A stretch of 64,000 nt of DNA from Octopus vulgaris (taxonomy: Eukaryota): contig OX597820.1 of NCBI GenBank assembly GCA_951406725.2, positions 53,816,001-53,880,000 on the forward strand, written 5' to 3'. The notes beneath the pieces were generated by a model. That model saw nothing but the letters and a program-made list of their open reading frames with translations, had not been told where the DNA came from and ran no database searches. Made by a program: the position numbers and the translations under genes. Within the stretch, counting starts at the first letter, position 1. The number at the start of each line of letters is the position of its first letter. This document shows positions 1 to 12,892 of the stretch, one piece after another.

Positions 1-71
1 CTTTTTTTTAGCAACAACTGTATTTGCGATATGCATCGGTGTGTGAGCATACATGTATGTATATACATACG

Positions 72-279
72 TACAAGCGGGTACTGAAAATTTCCAGGAT
101 CTAAGGATATCGCGAAATGCCTGATTAGAGGCCCAGCCTTCCGATTTCTTTTACAGGTCTTAGAAAGACTGAAGGACCGCTGCACGAAGTGTGTGAATAT
201 GTTGAATAAAAGCATAATTGACTGATTCTCCTGTATTTTCTCTTACTCAGAGCCAGAAACTTTTCACTACTTCTCTTAT
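72..279 (+). mobile_element. Mariner-derived MITE (decayed copy)
   Basis: Imperfect TIRs (GGGTACTGAAAATTTCCAGG ... GCCAGAAACTTTTCACTAC). Interior reads LERLKDRCTKCVN..YVE*, resembling a mariner transposase C-terminus. Homologous to the reverse-oriented copy at 40622-40837. Confidence 0.7.
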
Positions 280-310
280 ATAATTATAATATGTATGCAT
301 ATATGCGTGT

Positions 311-480
311 GAAGTTGCATGGCCTAGTGGCTAGGCTGTTGCACTCATGTTCGCTATATTGTGTGTTCGATTCCCTGACTGGGCGGAGTGTTGTGTTCTT
401 GAATAGAACACTTTGCTCCAGACTCCCTTTTGATCAGAGAGAATGCTTGCCTACTGGCCTAGCCAGCGCGGTGGCATCAT
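311..480 (+). mobile_element. tRNA-derived SINE, decayed 5' part
   Basis: A box TGGCCTAGTGG, B box GTTCGATTCC, then GTGTTCTTGA..AGAACACTTT, the start of the CORE-like domain seen in other SINEs here. Confidence 0.65.
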
Positions 481-1634
481 TATGTGTGTATGTATATGTA
501 TATGTATGTATAACTTGGAGACATTAGTCACTTTTTAAATTATACCTAGATACTAACTTTTGTGTATAAAACTATTAGTAGTTCACAACTGTATACCGTG
601 TGGTATATATATATATATATATTGTTTAATGGATACGGTATATAGTTGTGAGCTACTAATAGTTTCATACATAGAAAGCATTATCAAAGCAGGTTTTAAA
701 ACGCACCTAGCGTATCTAAGTTATCTTTGGGCTCTGTGCATATGACCTGTACAAGTTACGAACCAGGACAACGGAATAAGAGAAATCATGGGGAAAAACT
801 AGATGAATGTGGCTTTAAAAGAGAAATAGCTATTCCCCCTTTCAACGTAGAGTCGTAAGGCGAGATGGCGTAGAATCAACGAAAGGGGTTTAAAATCTGC
901 GATACAACTCTTCAATCCAAAGAGAGCAATGTTCTCCACTTTGCCAAAAGAAATTTGTCCATATGCTTGCTTTTGCTGAAAATTTCTGACCTGGAATTCA
1001 GCAGTGTAGGGGAATTTTGAGATATAAATAGGCATGCGATCTTATAGTACGCATAACCTGCATTTTTTTTTATCTATTAACGTAGGCTTGGGGTTTCTAC
1101 GATTTTTCACTTGATTGTATGCGGTGTTTAGTTGGTCTTCAAACCTCACACGTGCCTAGCCAATTTAATGGCTTTACTGTTGTGCATGTGCCAACAAGAA
1201 GACAGGTGGTTAGCATAGCATTGTTTGAAGTCACCTTCGCATAAACCGGTGTAATTCTCTCTGGTTAGGTTATCAAGTAGAGTTGCCGAAACTTCTGCCT
1301 CATATATTTCGGAATTAATCATGCACCCATAATCGAGTGAACAAACTCCAGAGTCTTAATAGTTTCAACTGGGAGGGAGCTCTTTGTGGTGTTTGCAAGT
1401 AATGATGCGCTTCATAATGGAGCAGCAGCTATATAATTTAATAGAGCGTCTCTTAAATCTTTACCATAACTTTAATTCTTCTCCTTTGTTTTTTTCTTTC
1501 CTTCCCGCACAAGACATATAGTCCCACTTCCTCTCTCTGTCACATGTGTGTATGTATATATGTATATATGTATATATACATATATGTATATATACATACA
1601 GACATATATATGTGTGTATGTATTTATATATGTA

Positions 1635-2029
1635 CTAGCAGTATCGCCCGGCGTTGCTCGGGTCTGTAAGGGAAATAACTATATAAGCATTTTTAGAGAG
1701 TTATAGCCAAAAAATAGCAAAAAAATGCATTAAAAATTGAAAAAAAATTAAGGTAAATTTTTTTTTAAATCGTTGACACATCGTAGATATTTTTAGAGAG
1801 TTACTTCCCTTATATAAAAGCGAAAAAATGCATTAAAATGGAAAAATATGATGGTAAATTTTTTTAAAATTGTAGACTCATCGTAGACGCGCGCTAATAC
1901 CCAGAAGGTGTCGATATGAATCACGACTATAAGATACCCGCTTTTGGTTAAATTGCACCGCAAAATGTGGGAGTAGTTACGAATCTAAATCGTAGGAGAC
2001 AGACACACAACTTCACTCTTATATAAAGA
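1635..2029 (-). mobile_element. Non-autonomous Helitron
   Basis: Minus strand begins A|TC (TCTTTATATAAGAG) and ends CTAG|T, with subterminal hairpin CCCG-AGCAACGC-CGGG shortly before CTAG. Internal ~110-bp duplication. Confidence 0.8.
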
Positions 2030-2459
2030 TGCTTTTTTTTTCAGTCATAGAGTTAGATTTATGAAGGTCTTCAGTAGAAAATCCTTCGAATTCTGACTCG
2101 CTGCTTGATATAATGAAATTCGTATCCATTTTTTGTCAGAATTACAAATTTTGAAAACACAATAGGAACAAATTTCGGAAAAAAATCTCCCATAATTCAC
2201 GGAATTAAAATTACACTTCGATTTTTGTACAAAACTGTATTTGAAGTGTTTACGAAGTATAATACGTGTTTTCACGAATGTACTAAAGAGATTTACTCTG
2301 ATATTCTCATTTAAATATGAATAGGTAAATTCGGGCGGTTTGGTAACGAAAGGGTTTATATAAGTGTTGTCTGTTTATACATAAACACTGTTTCATACTT
2401 TCAGTTTAGTCTTCCTCAAATCACTGTCGCTATTTACTCTCTTCCAAGAACATGTTCAC

Positions 2460-2806
2460 TCAATCTTATCTGTTAGCTTGCCATACATTTTACTCATGTA
2501 TCTATCAGCGTGATAGACAGAAACAAATATTACATCTAGTTTCACTTTATTCGTTGCACACTGTGTGTGTGCGTTTGCGTGTGCTGTAAACCAGACTAAG
2601 AAAAGCATTTGACATACACACCAGAATGTGAGTTTTCTGTAAATTTTGCTTAATTGGAGTTTAAATTTTAAAAACTGGACCTGGCAAAACCCGATGCATT
2701 CTACTCTTAAAAATGCTAGGTAAATTGTAATTGAAGAAATCCTATATTGTAGATTTCTATAACTGACAAAGGGAGGCAGATAAAATCTGCCTTTTATAAT
2801 AAGAGA
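2460..2806 (-). mobile_element. Probable Helitron 5' fragment
   Basis: Minus strand starts A|TCTCTTATTATAAAAGG, like the 5' ends of the other Helitrons here, followed by a small hairpin AGGCAGA/TCTGCCT. No 3' CTAG end found; left boundary approximate. Confidence 0.4.
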
Positions 2807-2822
2807 TATATGCATATATGTA

Positions 2823-3033
2823 TATATACATACACACATGTGACAGAGAGAGGGAGTGGGACTAGCCATTACACATTCTTTATTCTCTTTCCTAGTTTCT
2901 TTCTGTGTTCCTTTCTGTGGCAGAGCGTAGGCTCGAAACATTAAAGACTTTTTCACTTCCGAGCGTTATACTAATACATCTGTTTGTTGGCTACATCACC
3001 TGTCTTCGTCTTTTGTTTTTTTTGTGAATTTCT

Positions 3034-3036
<3 letters not shown>
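2823..3036 (+). mobile_element. Penelope-like terminal repeat remnant with degenerate hammerhead-like motif
   Basis: Homologous to 53935-54148 and 5522-5612 (..GAGCGTAGGCTCGAAAC..TATACTAATACA..GTCTTCGTCTTTT); ends in (TA)n. Confidence 0.5.
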
Positions 3037-3085
<49 letters not shown>

Positions 3086-3092
3086 TATATAC

Positions 3093-3123
<31 letters not shown>

Positions 3124-3158
3124 ATATATATATTATACATACATATATATATAGATAG

Positions 3159-3210
<52 letters not shown>

Positions 3211-3244
3211 CATATAGACAGACAGATAGATATGTATATATGTA

Positions 3245-3302
<58 letters not shown>

Positions 3303-3576
3303 AATTCGGGGTGAGTACTTGATAGTTATAGCACCTGTGTATACCGTTTGGTGGTGTATGGTGGAGTAAATTGATCAAAATAAAAATAAAAATAAAAATA
3401 AAAATAAAAATAAAAATAAAAATAAAAATAAAAATAAATATAAAAATAAAAATAAAAATTTTTATTTTTATTTTGATCAATTATTTTTATTTTTATTTTT
3501 ATTTTTATTTTGATCAATTTATTTTTATTTTTATTTTTATTTTTATTTTTATTTTTATTTTTATTTTTATTTTGAT

Positions 3577-3611
<35 letters not shown>

Positions 3612-3613
<2 letters not shown>

Positions 3614-3896
3614 CGTGATCACCGTGACCGACCAGGCTATCAGATGTTGTTACACATCGCTGGTCACAATGCGTTCGCATTGTTTTAGCCTTCGAATGAC
3701 GCCACCCCGCTGGCTAAGCGAGCAGGCCAACAGAAGAAAGAGTGAGAGAAAGAGTACAGCAGGGATCACCACCCCCTGCTGGAGCCTCGTGGAGCTTTTA
3801 GGTGTTTTCGCTCAATAAACACACACAACGCCCGGTCTGGGAATCGAAACCGCAATCCTACGACCGCGAGTCCGCTGCCCTAACCACTGGACCATT
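3612..3896 (-). mobile_element. tRNA-derived SINE (octopus OR-type)
   Basis: Minus strand has A box TGGTCCAGTGG and B box GTTTCGATTCC; homologous to 20255-20422 and 33355-33510. Confidence 0.8.
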
Positions 3897-4817
3897 GTAT
3901 ATATATATACATATATTTACATACATATATACACACATATATATATATATACATATACATGGGGTTGTAGAGAGAGAGAGAGAGAGAGAAAAAAGGAAAG
4001 TAAAAGTAAGAGATAGTGACGCAAATTAATTCAATGCAGAGACAAAGTAGGAAGATGGTGTTACCGCGTGAATCTAAATAAAATAACTACAAGCACCACA
4101 AGCAGCAATCGTTATTACCCAACGACCAATGTATTTAGTCATGTTCAAATGAAATATTTATTTCTCTGACTAGTAAAATATACAACGTCAGATAAACTCA
4201 TCTGTGATTAGTGAAGCAGTAAGTCGTTTTTATTGTTGGTCATTGTTGAAGCACAGCCAAATACAATGTTCTTTTATTTTATTTATAGGTTCATTTTATC
4301 TATACATTTCTATATGATTATAACTTCCTATGCTGCATTTTTTCTAAACAAGTTTGGTACACGCACTCACAGACACACAGAGAAGCTGTGTACAGACCCA
4401 TGCAAACACATGCATATTTACATACCAGTATAGAGACAACTATGCACACGTATATACCTATGTTTATACAAACTTTCGGAACGATATTTCCAAGGTGAAA
4501 GAATTCTGTTTATAACACCAAATGTAGAGGGAGTGGGACCCTTTCAAATTTCAGATGGGCTCCTTCTTTTAAAGGGCAGTTCCATCAGATAATCATACAC
4601 TTCTTTACCTCTCCGGACGCTGAATCGATGTACTAGTTGAACCCCATCCCCGAACATAAGCTTTGTATATGCGTGGGTGCACGTTTTTGTGTGTACATAT
4701 GCATATGTAGATCCCGTGTTAACTCGTTGGGGATTCGATCGAAATGCCTTGGCCTGAAGAGTGGCTTGCGATATACTACTCATTTGGATTATAATTATAT
4801 GTATGAGTGTGCGTGTG

Positions 4818-4864
<47 letters not shown>

Positions 4865-4952
4865 ATATATATATATATGTGTGTTGTACACCGTTATGCT
4901 GTCTCATTTGACATAGCAGCTTTTCAACACACATACACACACAAATAGGTAG

Positions 4953-5191
4953 TAAAGTTACCTCCTTGAGCCATGTCGACTCATAAGGGCTGATTTCCCT
5001 TTTTCAATGATGTGTATATATTTCCCACCTAGACGGGACACCGATCCATTGCAGGATTACGCATTTTTGCCAGCTGAGTGTACTGGAGCAATGTGAAATG
5101 AAGTATTTTGCTCAAGAACACAACGCGTCACCCGGTCCAAGAATCGAAATCACAATCTTACGATGATGAGCCCAACACCCTAACTATTTAG
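4953..5191 (-). mobile_element. CORE-type SINE
   Basis: Minus strand: tRNA-like head, then TTGAGCAAAATACTTCATTTCACATTGCTCCAGTACACTCAGCTG, shared with 22619-22926. Confidence 0.75.
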
Positions 5192-5612
5192 CCCCCCCCC
5201 GACACACACGCACGCGCAGAAATACTGAAGCGCATACAGATATAAACTCACGCTCGTAATCTAGTATAAAAGTACATGAATGTACGCTCCATTGGTCCAT
5301 GGGTTTTACATTTCTATATTTCAAAATTTCCAAGCTTGAGAAGTCAAAAATAAATGGAGAAAAGAAAAAAAATGATAAACAAATTATAAATCAATTAATA
5401 CAACCGTGTGTCTTGAATAAACTAATGAAAATTGTATAGAATAATTCTTGAATAAGAAGGAATCTTGAAACATTAATTTGGATATATATGACGAGAAATG
5501 AATATATAGATGTGTTAAATACTTTTTTCACTTCCCCTGCGTTATACTAATACATCTGTTTGTTGTCTATACCACCCTGTCTTCGTCTTTTATTGTTTTT
5601 CGAATTCTCCCT

Positions 5613-5662
<50 letters not shown>

Positions 5663-5755
5663 CGGTAGTATATAACAACCGAAATGATTTGCAGTATTTA
5701 GTCCACATGACTTATTCCTCTTTGTATCATACATCAATATATATATATGTGTATG

Positions 5756-5836
<81 letters not shown>

Positions 5837-6594
5837 GTACATATATGTTAGTATGTATGTATGTTTATATATGTGTGTATGTGTATGCGTGTGTGTGTGA
5901 TTGTGTGTGTATGTATGCATAAATATATATAGCAAAAATTAATTTTTAACCGTTCTCTATCTTCAATTTTCAATTAATTGATTTATTTCTCATAGATTAT
6001 TATTAAGTTTTATCCTTTCAACCTAATTCTTTTTACCTCTCATCTGTGACATTCTCCGCCTTCCCCTATCCCACTTTTTCTCTTTTTTCTCCTCTCTGCC
6101 TTCTTTATCTTTATTAGTTGTATCTTCACCGTTTATTAGGGTTATTATCATGTGCCTATAGCGTTTATTACTGTTAATATTAAAATGCGCCTATAGCAGG
6201 AAAGGTTATTATTATTGCCATTGTAAAGGCGATGAGCTGGCAGAACCTTTCCATGCTGGACGAAATACTTTATGACATTTCGCCTCCCTTTGTCAATCAA
6301 GCATTGTATGTAGATTTGTATGTAATTTCAGAACTCGACAGCTGTTTCAGGAAGCCCGGATTTAATTAATAATCATAATAATCATAAATTGCAGATTAAA
6401 TGTGCAAAGATTATCATGATAAATCACGTATCCCTGGGCTTTCTGGAACAGCTGTCCAGTTATGAAATGTTTTCTTATTTTATTATGTGCTTTTATTCCG
6501 TATGTTTACATGTGTATGTGTATGCATGTATGTATGTATGTATGTGTGTATGTATGTATGTATTTATGTATGTATTTATGTATGTATGTATGTA

Positions 6595-6651
<57 letters not shown>

Positions 6652-9600
6652 ATGTATATATATATATAACAGCAGTATATAACGACAGAAATGATGTGCA
6701 GTATTTAGTCCACATGATTTATTCTTCTTCTTGTCAATGTCTACCTTGCCCTTTGTATTATACAACATCAATCACACAGATAACAAAGTATCCGGGTCGA
6801 TATAATCGACTAAATATTTCTTGTGCTCCATTATGGCCACAGCCTAAATGTTTGAAACTAGTAAATGAATAAAAGAATAAATAGATGGACACTTCGATAA
6901 CATTTAGAAGAGTAAATTAACCCACAAACTCATTAGCGAATGACTTCCTCGCCCCATTCGATTATTTCCCCGCCTTTTTTCTTTATTCCGTTGCATGATG
7001 TTCCACTCCATTGGCGATGTTGGTTGGTGTGCAAGAGAAGCCACTGGGATAATTCTCACCGGTCTCATCAGCGTCCAACCAATTAATAACCATGCGTTCG
7101 ATTGGAGGAACATTAACAGTGATATTTTATCTCTCATCATCATATTAATCCAGCTATCTGAACAGATACAACATAATGGGATCTTGCTGCTGCAGTTGTT
7201 ATTAGTGTTGCTGGTGCTGCCGTTATTATTGTTGGTTTTGTTGTTTTTGTCACGGATCAAAAGTTGGAGATAAAAGCGAGAACATGAGAGAAGCGTCACT
7301 CCATGTTATGTAAACAGCGATTCAGTGTAGCAGGAAGGACAATTATTAAATCTTCACACATGCTAACAAACCTTGTAGGGCTGTGTTATTTAATTATTTC
7401 CTTGTTGTCGTTATTGTTATTTTTATTGTTCATATTGATCATCATATTCAATAATGCCATTTCAATTAAGTTTCTGCCGATCCATCGAGTCTTTTTATGA
7501 TCTCATGGGGACCATTATGTCACCACCTGTGGCTAAACACTGTTTTAAAATATTTGGGGGAATTTTAGCATTATTAATATAATATTATATGTTTTGCTTG
7601 AATTGTATTTATATGGCAAGTGACATGATCTGAGACTGTTTGTTGAAACTGAAGCAATCATATCGCAGAGGAACCATTTTAGATGGCTACAATAACTTTG
7701 CCACGATGTAAATTCTAACATGTTTTCGTCTACACTTAGTTTCAATTAGTATATTCGTTTACAGCCGTCAGTTGCTCTGTCTATATTTGGCTGCACTTGA
7801 ACAGAAAAGAGAAAAACAGTCTATGTTAACGAAAGATATCAATGCACTGTAGCATGCAGATTGAGCTTTGGAAGTATGTATTTCTGCTACTTTCACTTCT
7901 ACTACAACAGCTTCTGAATCTCCGAACTAAATGCCAAACCCCACCTCAACCTTATACTAAAGCCATGTTATGCTCCATCTCTTGTTATCGCCCCTTTTCT
8001 GATGAGTCTTACTTAACATAGTTTAATGCTAACTTATTTAATGTAGTGATCATCAAGAGTGTTATGAGAACTACTTGTGTGTTGAAGTGAGGAAAAAACA
8101 GCACTATAATAATGACTAATATTAATTTGATAATTTAGGCAATTAGGGGAGAAAGCTATGGACACATCCCGGTTTTATTAGACTTCCTCAGCGAGGCATA
8201 TACTTCAAAGTATTTTCCTAATTAATTAACTGGGCGTTTAATATTCTAAAAGTGTAGATGCACTGTAATTTCCTGTCTATCGATACTTTTTCTTGCAGAT
8301 ATCTGTATTTCTGCAGAACAAGGGAAGTATCCACAGAACGCATAGATATTAATTATGGTATTATCTACAAAAGTTGTCAGTTATTATAGTCCTTTCCGGG
8401 CTATTTTTATATAAAAAAACTAAAATATATTTACACCCATCTCTAAAGCATTAACATAATTTTCGTCTTAATCTTCCCCCCTCTGTATTTGTTACGCCTC
8501 TTTGTTTCCCATCATCCATATATAAACCATCTCTTCTGTCCACGATACACTCTGCATTCCAACTTCACTTCGAAAGTTAACATCAGTGGCTACATTTACT
8601 CTCCTTTTTCCAACTTTCATCACTCTTTCCCCAATACTATCAGCCACTTTGGTTCTAAATTTTTGTTATTCCATTCCTTTATATCCATCAGCTTTTTCTG
8701 TCGCTCTCTGAGTGTCTCTAATGTCTCTGATGCATGTTCAAATATCTTTTATCCAATACTTAGGACATTCATCATCTCTGATGAGTTCGATATATACAAA
8801 TTCTATTTTATCTTGCATTCCAACTCTATTGACACAATCGTCAAGAGAACTGAATCGTGAGTCTATATGATTTGTCCGTACCAGGTAATAACCACGCATT
8901 CTCATATTTCTAAACACTCTTTACACTCTTCACCTCTTCTCTAAACACTCTTTACCTCTTTCTCACTTGCAAACCAATCTTTTATAAATTTATCATCTCT
9001 TCCAGGGTTTCTCAACCACTTTCTAACTTTTTGATTACTATTTTATTCTGGGGACCTCCATAGCCAATCGATATTTAAAAACTAGTTTTATAGACAATTC
9101 TTTCAAAATTCCTGTTTTATTTTTCACACAATTACTTGTGTAGGTTGAACTATGCAAAATGTTTGAAAAGGAAACCCATCTGCCTCTTGCAATAAATACT
9201 ACTACACACGTGTAAAGCATAATTTCTTCAGGGGCCCTTAAAATACTATTCCGAGTTTGCAATGTATTATGTTGTTGCGTGAACCTCCAAAATTCTGATA
9301 TGGCCTCTCAGGGGCCATATGGCTTTCGGTTGATAACCACTATCTTAAACGAACAGATCATCTGATAATAACTTAATCAGTGAACACGCTTCATCTGTTG
9401 CTGGTAAACTACAATCCTTTACTTGCGATCTTCAAGAAGTTTAAGAATTTAAGTGATCTGAGTTTTTTCAGTTCTTTGTCAACTACACTTGACAATAAAT
9501 GTGCATCAATATTTTTCTCAGTTTGAGAAAGATAAAAAGGCTGTCCCTTCTTCATCCATCTACCAACCAATATTCTTTGAAGACATGAACCCCCATGTGA

Positions 9601-11880
9601 TTAAATGATAGCTGTAAACCTACTGACTAACTTAAGAGTGTTACCTACAACACCAGGAAGAAATCTCCCGATTAATAAGCGCAGAGATAACAGGGAGGAT
9701 TATGTGGTCGCATGAACTAGAAGCAGCAATTAATTCTCCCTTTAGTCAAACTCTACTATATTACAACTGGGAGAGCACACCGCGTAATGAAGTAAAGTAT
9801 ACGCAAAAAGACGGAGCAATTAATTTTGGAACGCCTTTAATCGCAGGTCTATTCGATCAAAACTGATTCTAATAAACAAAAGCAACATCCGAGGAGCATT
9901 TGCCTAAACATTGCAACATATTGAAGATGAGCATTAGAAGTACAATGGGTACATTTCAATTTTCTCTTGACCTTCCATACACAAATCAATACATACATAT
10001 GTTGATATATATGTGTGTGTGTGTGGAGAGAGAGAGACGCACACATACGTTCCTTTTTTCTCACGTGACCGATTGGCCGACTGCTGGCCCTTTTGCGTCT
10101 GACCATGGTCACTGCCACATCGACATTCTTCCCTCTGCCATAAGGCTTCATTTCCACACCCACCAGCTGAATTCAATCCGTCCCCAGTCGAAAGACGCCT
10201 GTTGTTATGTCCTGTTATAGTTATTATTATTATTATTGTTATTTTTATTGTATTTTTGTATTTATATTCGTGTAACATCGTCTGTTTTTCCGTCCTTGTT
10301 TTCGTATACATTCGATGCTTTTTACCAAAGATTCTAATGCTCTTTGCTTAGTTTTTACTTGGGGCTGGCCAGATTGGAGCAATCTCAAGATTAATCAGCC
10401 GAAATTGCGAGGATGATCCGGTTCTTGACTGAAGATAAACGGCTTCGAATGATCCGTCCTTGTTTCTTTTTATCGTTTATCTGGATGTTTTGTTGTCCCT
10501 TTTTGTATCACCTAGTTGTCCGGATGTTTTGTGTTCTTGTCCCATTTTGTATTTTATATATATATATAAGCCGACAATGATTCCCAATGATTCCCCACCG
10601 TCTGACAAGACATTAAGTCATGTGTTGCATGTAAAATGATAACTGCAAAAATTCACTCTTCTTTTCTGTAATCATTCAGCTCAGATTTCGCTATAATCAT
10701 ATTAAAAAATATACCCGTTCTTCATGAAAAGTGATTTATACAACAGCAAATAATTGCAAACGATTATATCAAATTTATATACTTATAACTAGAGTAACAA
10801 GAAATTGAAAAATTTTAATTCATTATTCATTATTTTAAAATTTGCGATTGGGGTGCTCTAGTTCAGCTACCCTATTCGTATTTAGTAAATACGACAGTGA
10901 AAAAGCTCTGATGCATCATTCCATTGGTGCCCTAAATACGTGATTATTTTGTCTAATGCATGACCTAGCGCTTCTTTCAAAGAAGAATAGAAAAAAATCA
11001 AAAGTACAGCTTGCTTGCCAGAGGCCATTGTGTGGCGCGTTGCACCGAGGCACTACAGGAGGTAAATAAGTAACTAAGTGCACGACAGATTTTTAAAAGC
11101 ATAATTTAATGCTTTAACCATCCTACCGCTATAGCTTCTCGAAAAAAGAAAACAGTTGTGTTATCTACACCTTTATGTATATATATATATATACATACAT
11201 GTATGATAAATACAAGCAAAATTGTTTTCTCATGTATCTTTCTAAATATTCAACTTTAAATCTTTTTTTTTCTTCTCTTTTAGCATTCCATGCGAGATGC
11301 GCCCGTAGGTTTTTTTATTTTTTTTTTTTTTGATCTCCAATACGCTACTGAGTCAAAAAGATTGTGAATCACTGCCATAGGTAGTGAATGGAAATATTGC
11401 TGACGCAGCCTCCCGCCATTTTTACCGGATACTGGACTTGAACCATTTTCATAAAACCAACTCCAAGTTATTCTATAAATGCTAATACTTTACATTTTCG
11501 CTCAATATTGATTTCTTCGTGAACATCATTCATATAACCTTTTCATATCAATCTAAAAGTACATGTTTATAAAAGAACACTCTCAACACGAAAACACCTC
11601 CAATAGCAATAACAGCAACAACAACACCACCAGCAGCAGAGGCAGCAGCAACAGCAGCAGCAGCATAACACCGACATCATCTAAGCTGCGATGCTAGCTA
11701 AATAGGTTTCAACCGTATGTAATAAGGAAAATAGTGATGAAACTTAATTTACATGGCGCGACTCGAAATATTCGCGGGAATATCTAAACCGAAAAAGTCA
11801 TTAAGTTCAAATATGGCCTACCACACTCATTCTGATAAATTCTCTCCCTCCCATTCCTAATAAATACATATAACCATGTA

Positions 11881-11912
<32 letters not shown>

Positions 11913-12029
11913 CGTGAGAGTGAGAGAGTGTGTGTGTGTGCATGTGATTCACAAGGCAAACATTCACACCATTTACATTGATACATACATATACATACAT
12001 GTATATATGCACTTATATATTTTATATGC

Positions 12030-12061
<32 letters not shown>

Positions 12062-12296
12062 TTATGTATGTATCTATGTATCTACACATACACACACACA
12101 CACATATATATGTGAATGCACATTGCATTCATACAAACACATCAGTATTTCATTCTTAAACCGTAAATCTCTCTTCTAATTTCGACTTCTCTATCCCCCC
12201 TCCCTCTCTCTCTCTCCCAGTCTCATTCATTATTACAATGTCTCTCCTCCTCTGTTTTTTCTCCTTATTACTCTTTCACAGATATCTACCTGTCTG

Positions 12297-12361
<65 letters not shown>

Positions 12362-12459
12362 TTTATATATATATATATACATTCATACATACATACATAC
12401 ATACATCATTCTCTGTCTAGCAATCTTTTACTCCTCACTCACTTTTCTCTCTCTCTCAG

Positions 12460-12497
<38 letters not shown>

Positions 12498-12844
12498 TCT
12501 CTCGCTCACTCACTAGGATCTTCTAGCAGTCTTGTATTCATTATCTATTTCCCTCTAACCCTCTCGCGTAACCTCTACCCCCGACTCATTCTACACCACA
12601 TCATTCTTCCTTCTCATAAGCCCCTAAACAGGGAACTGTTTACCGAAAATTAGAGTTTAAAAAAAAAATGAAAACCAAAACACATAACAACAAAGTAATT
12701 TAATAATGGCATTACATGTAACATGTCACTGCTTAGTTTAAAATCTCTTAAAAATTGATTGTAAAATCACGTGATCATTACCACTCTCTATATAGCCAAA
12801 CATGCGAAGAGAAGCACAAACAAACAAACACACACACACACACA

Positions 12845-12892
<48 letters not shown>

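Noticed and set aside
8480-9035. Strand-biased region resembling a decayed LINE coding fragment
   Set aside because: No recognisable RT or endonuclease motif in manual translation.
10960-11380. Possible hAT-type MITE end (..AAAAAGATTGTGAATCACTG; similar at ~9340)
   Set aside because: No matching opposite TIR or 8-bp TSD found.
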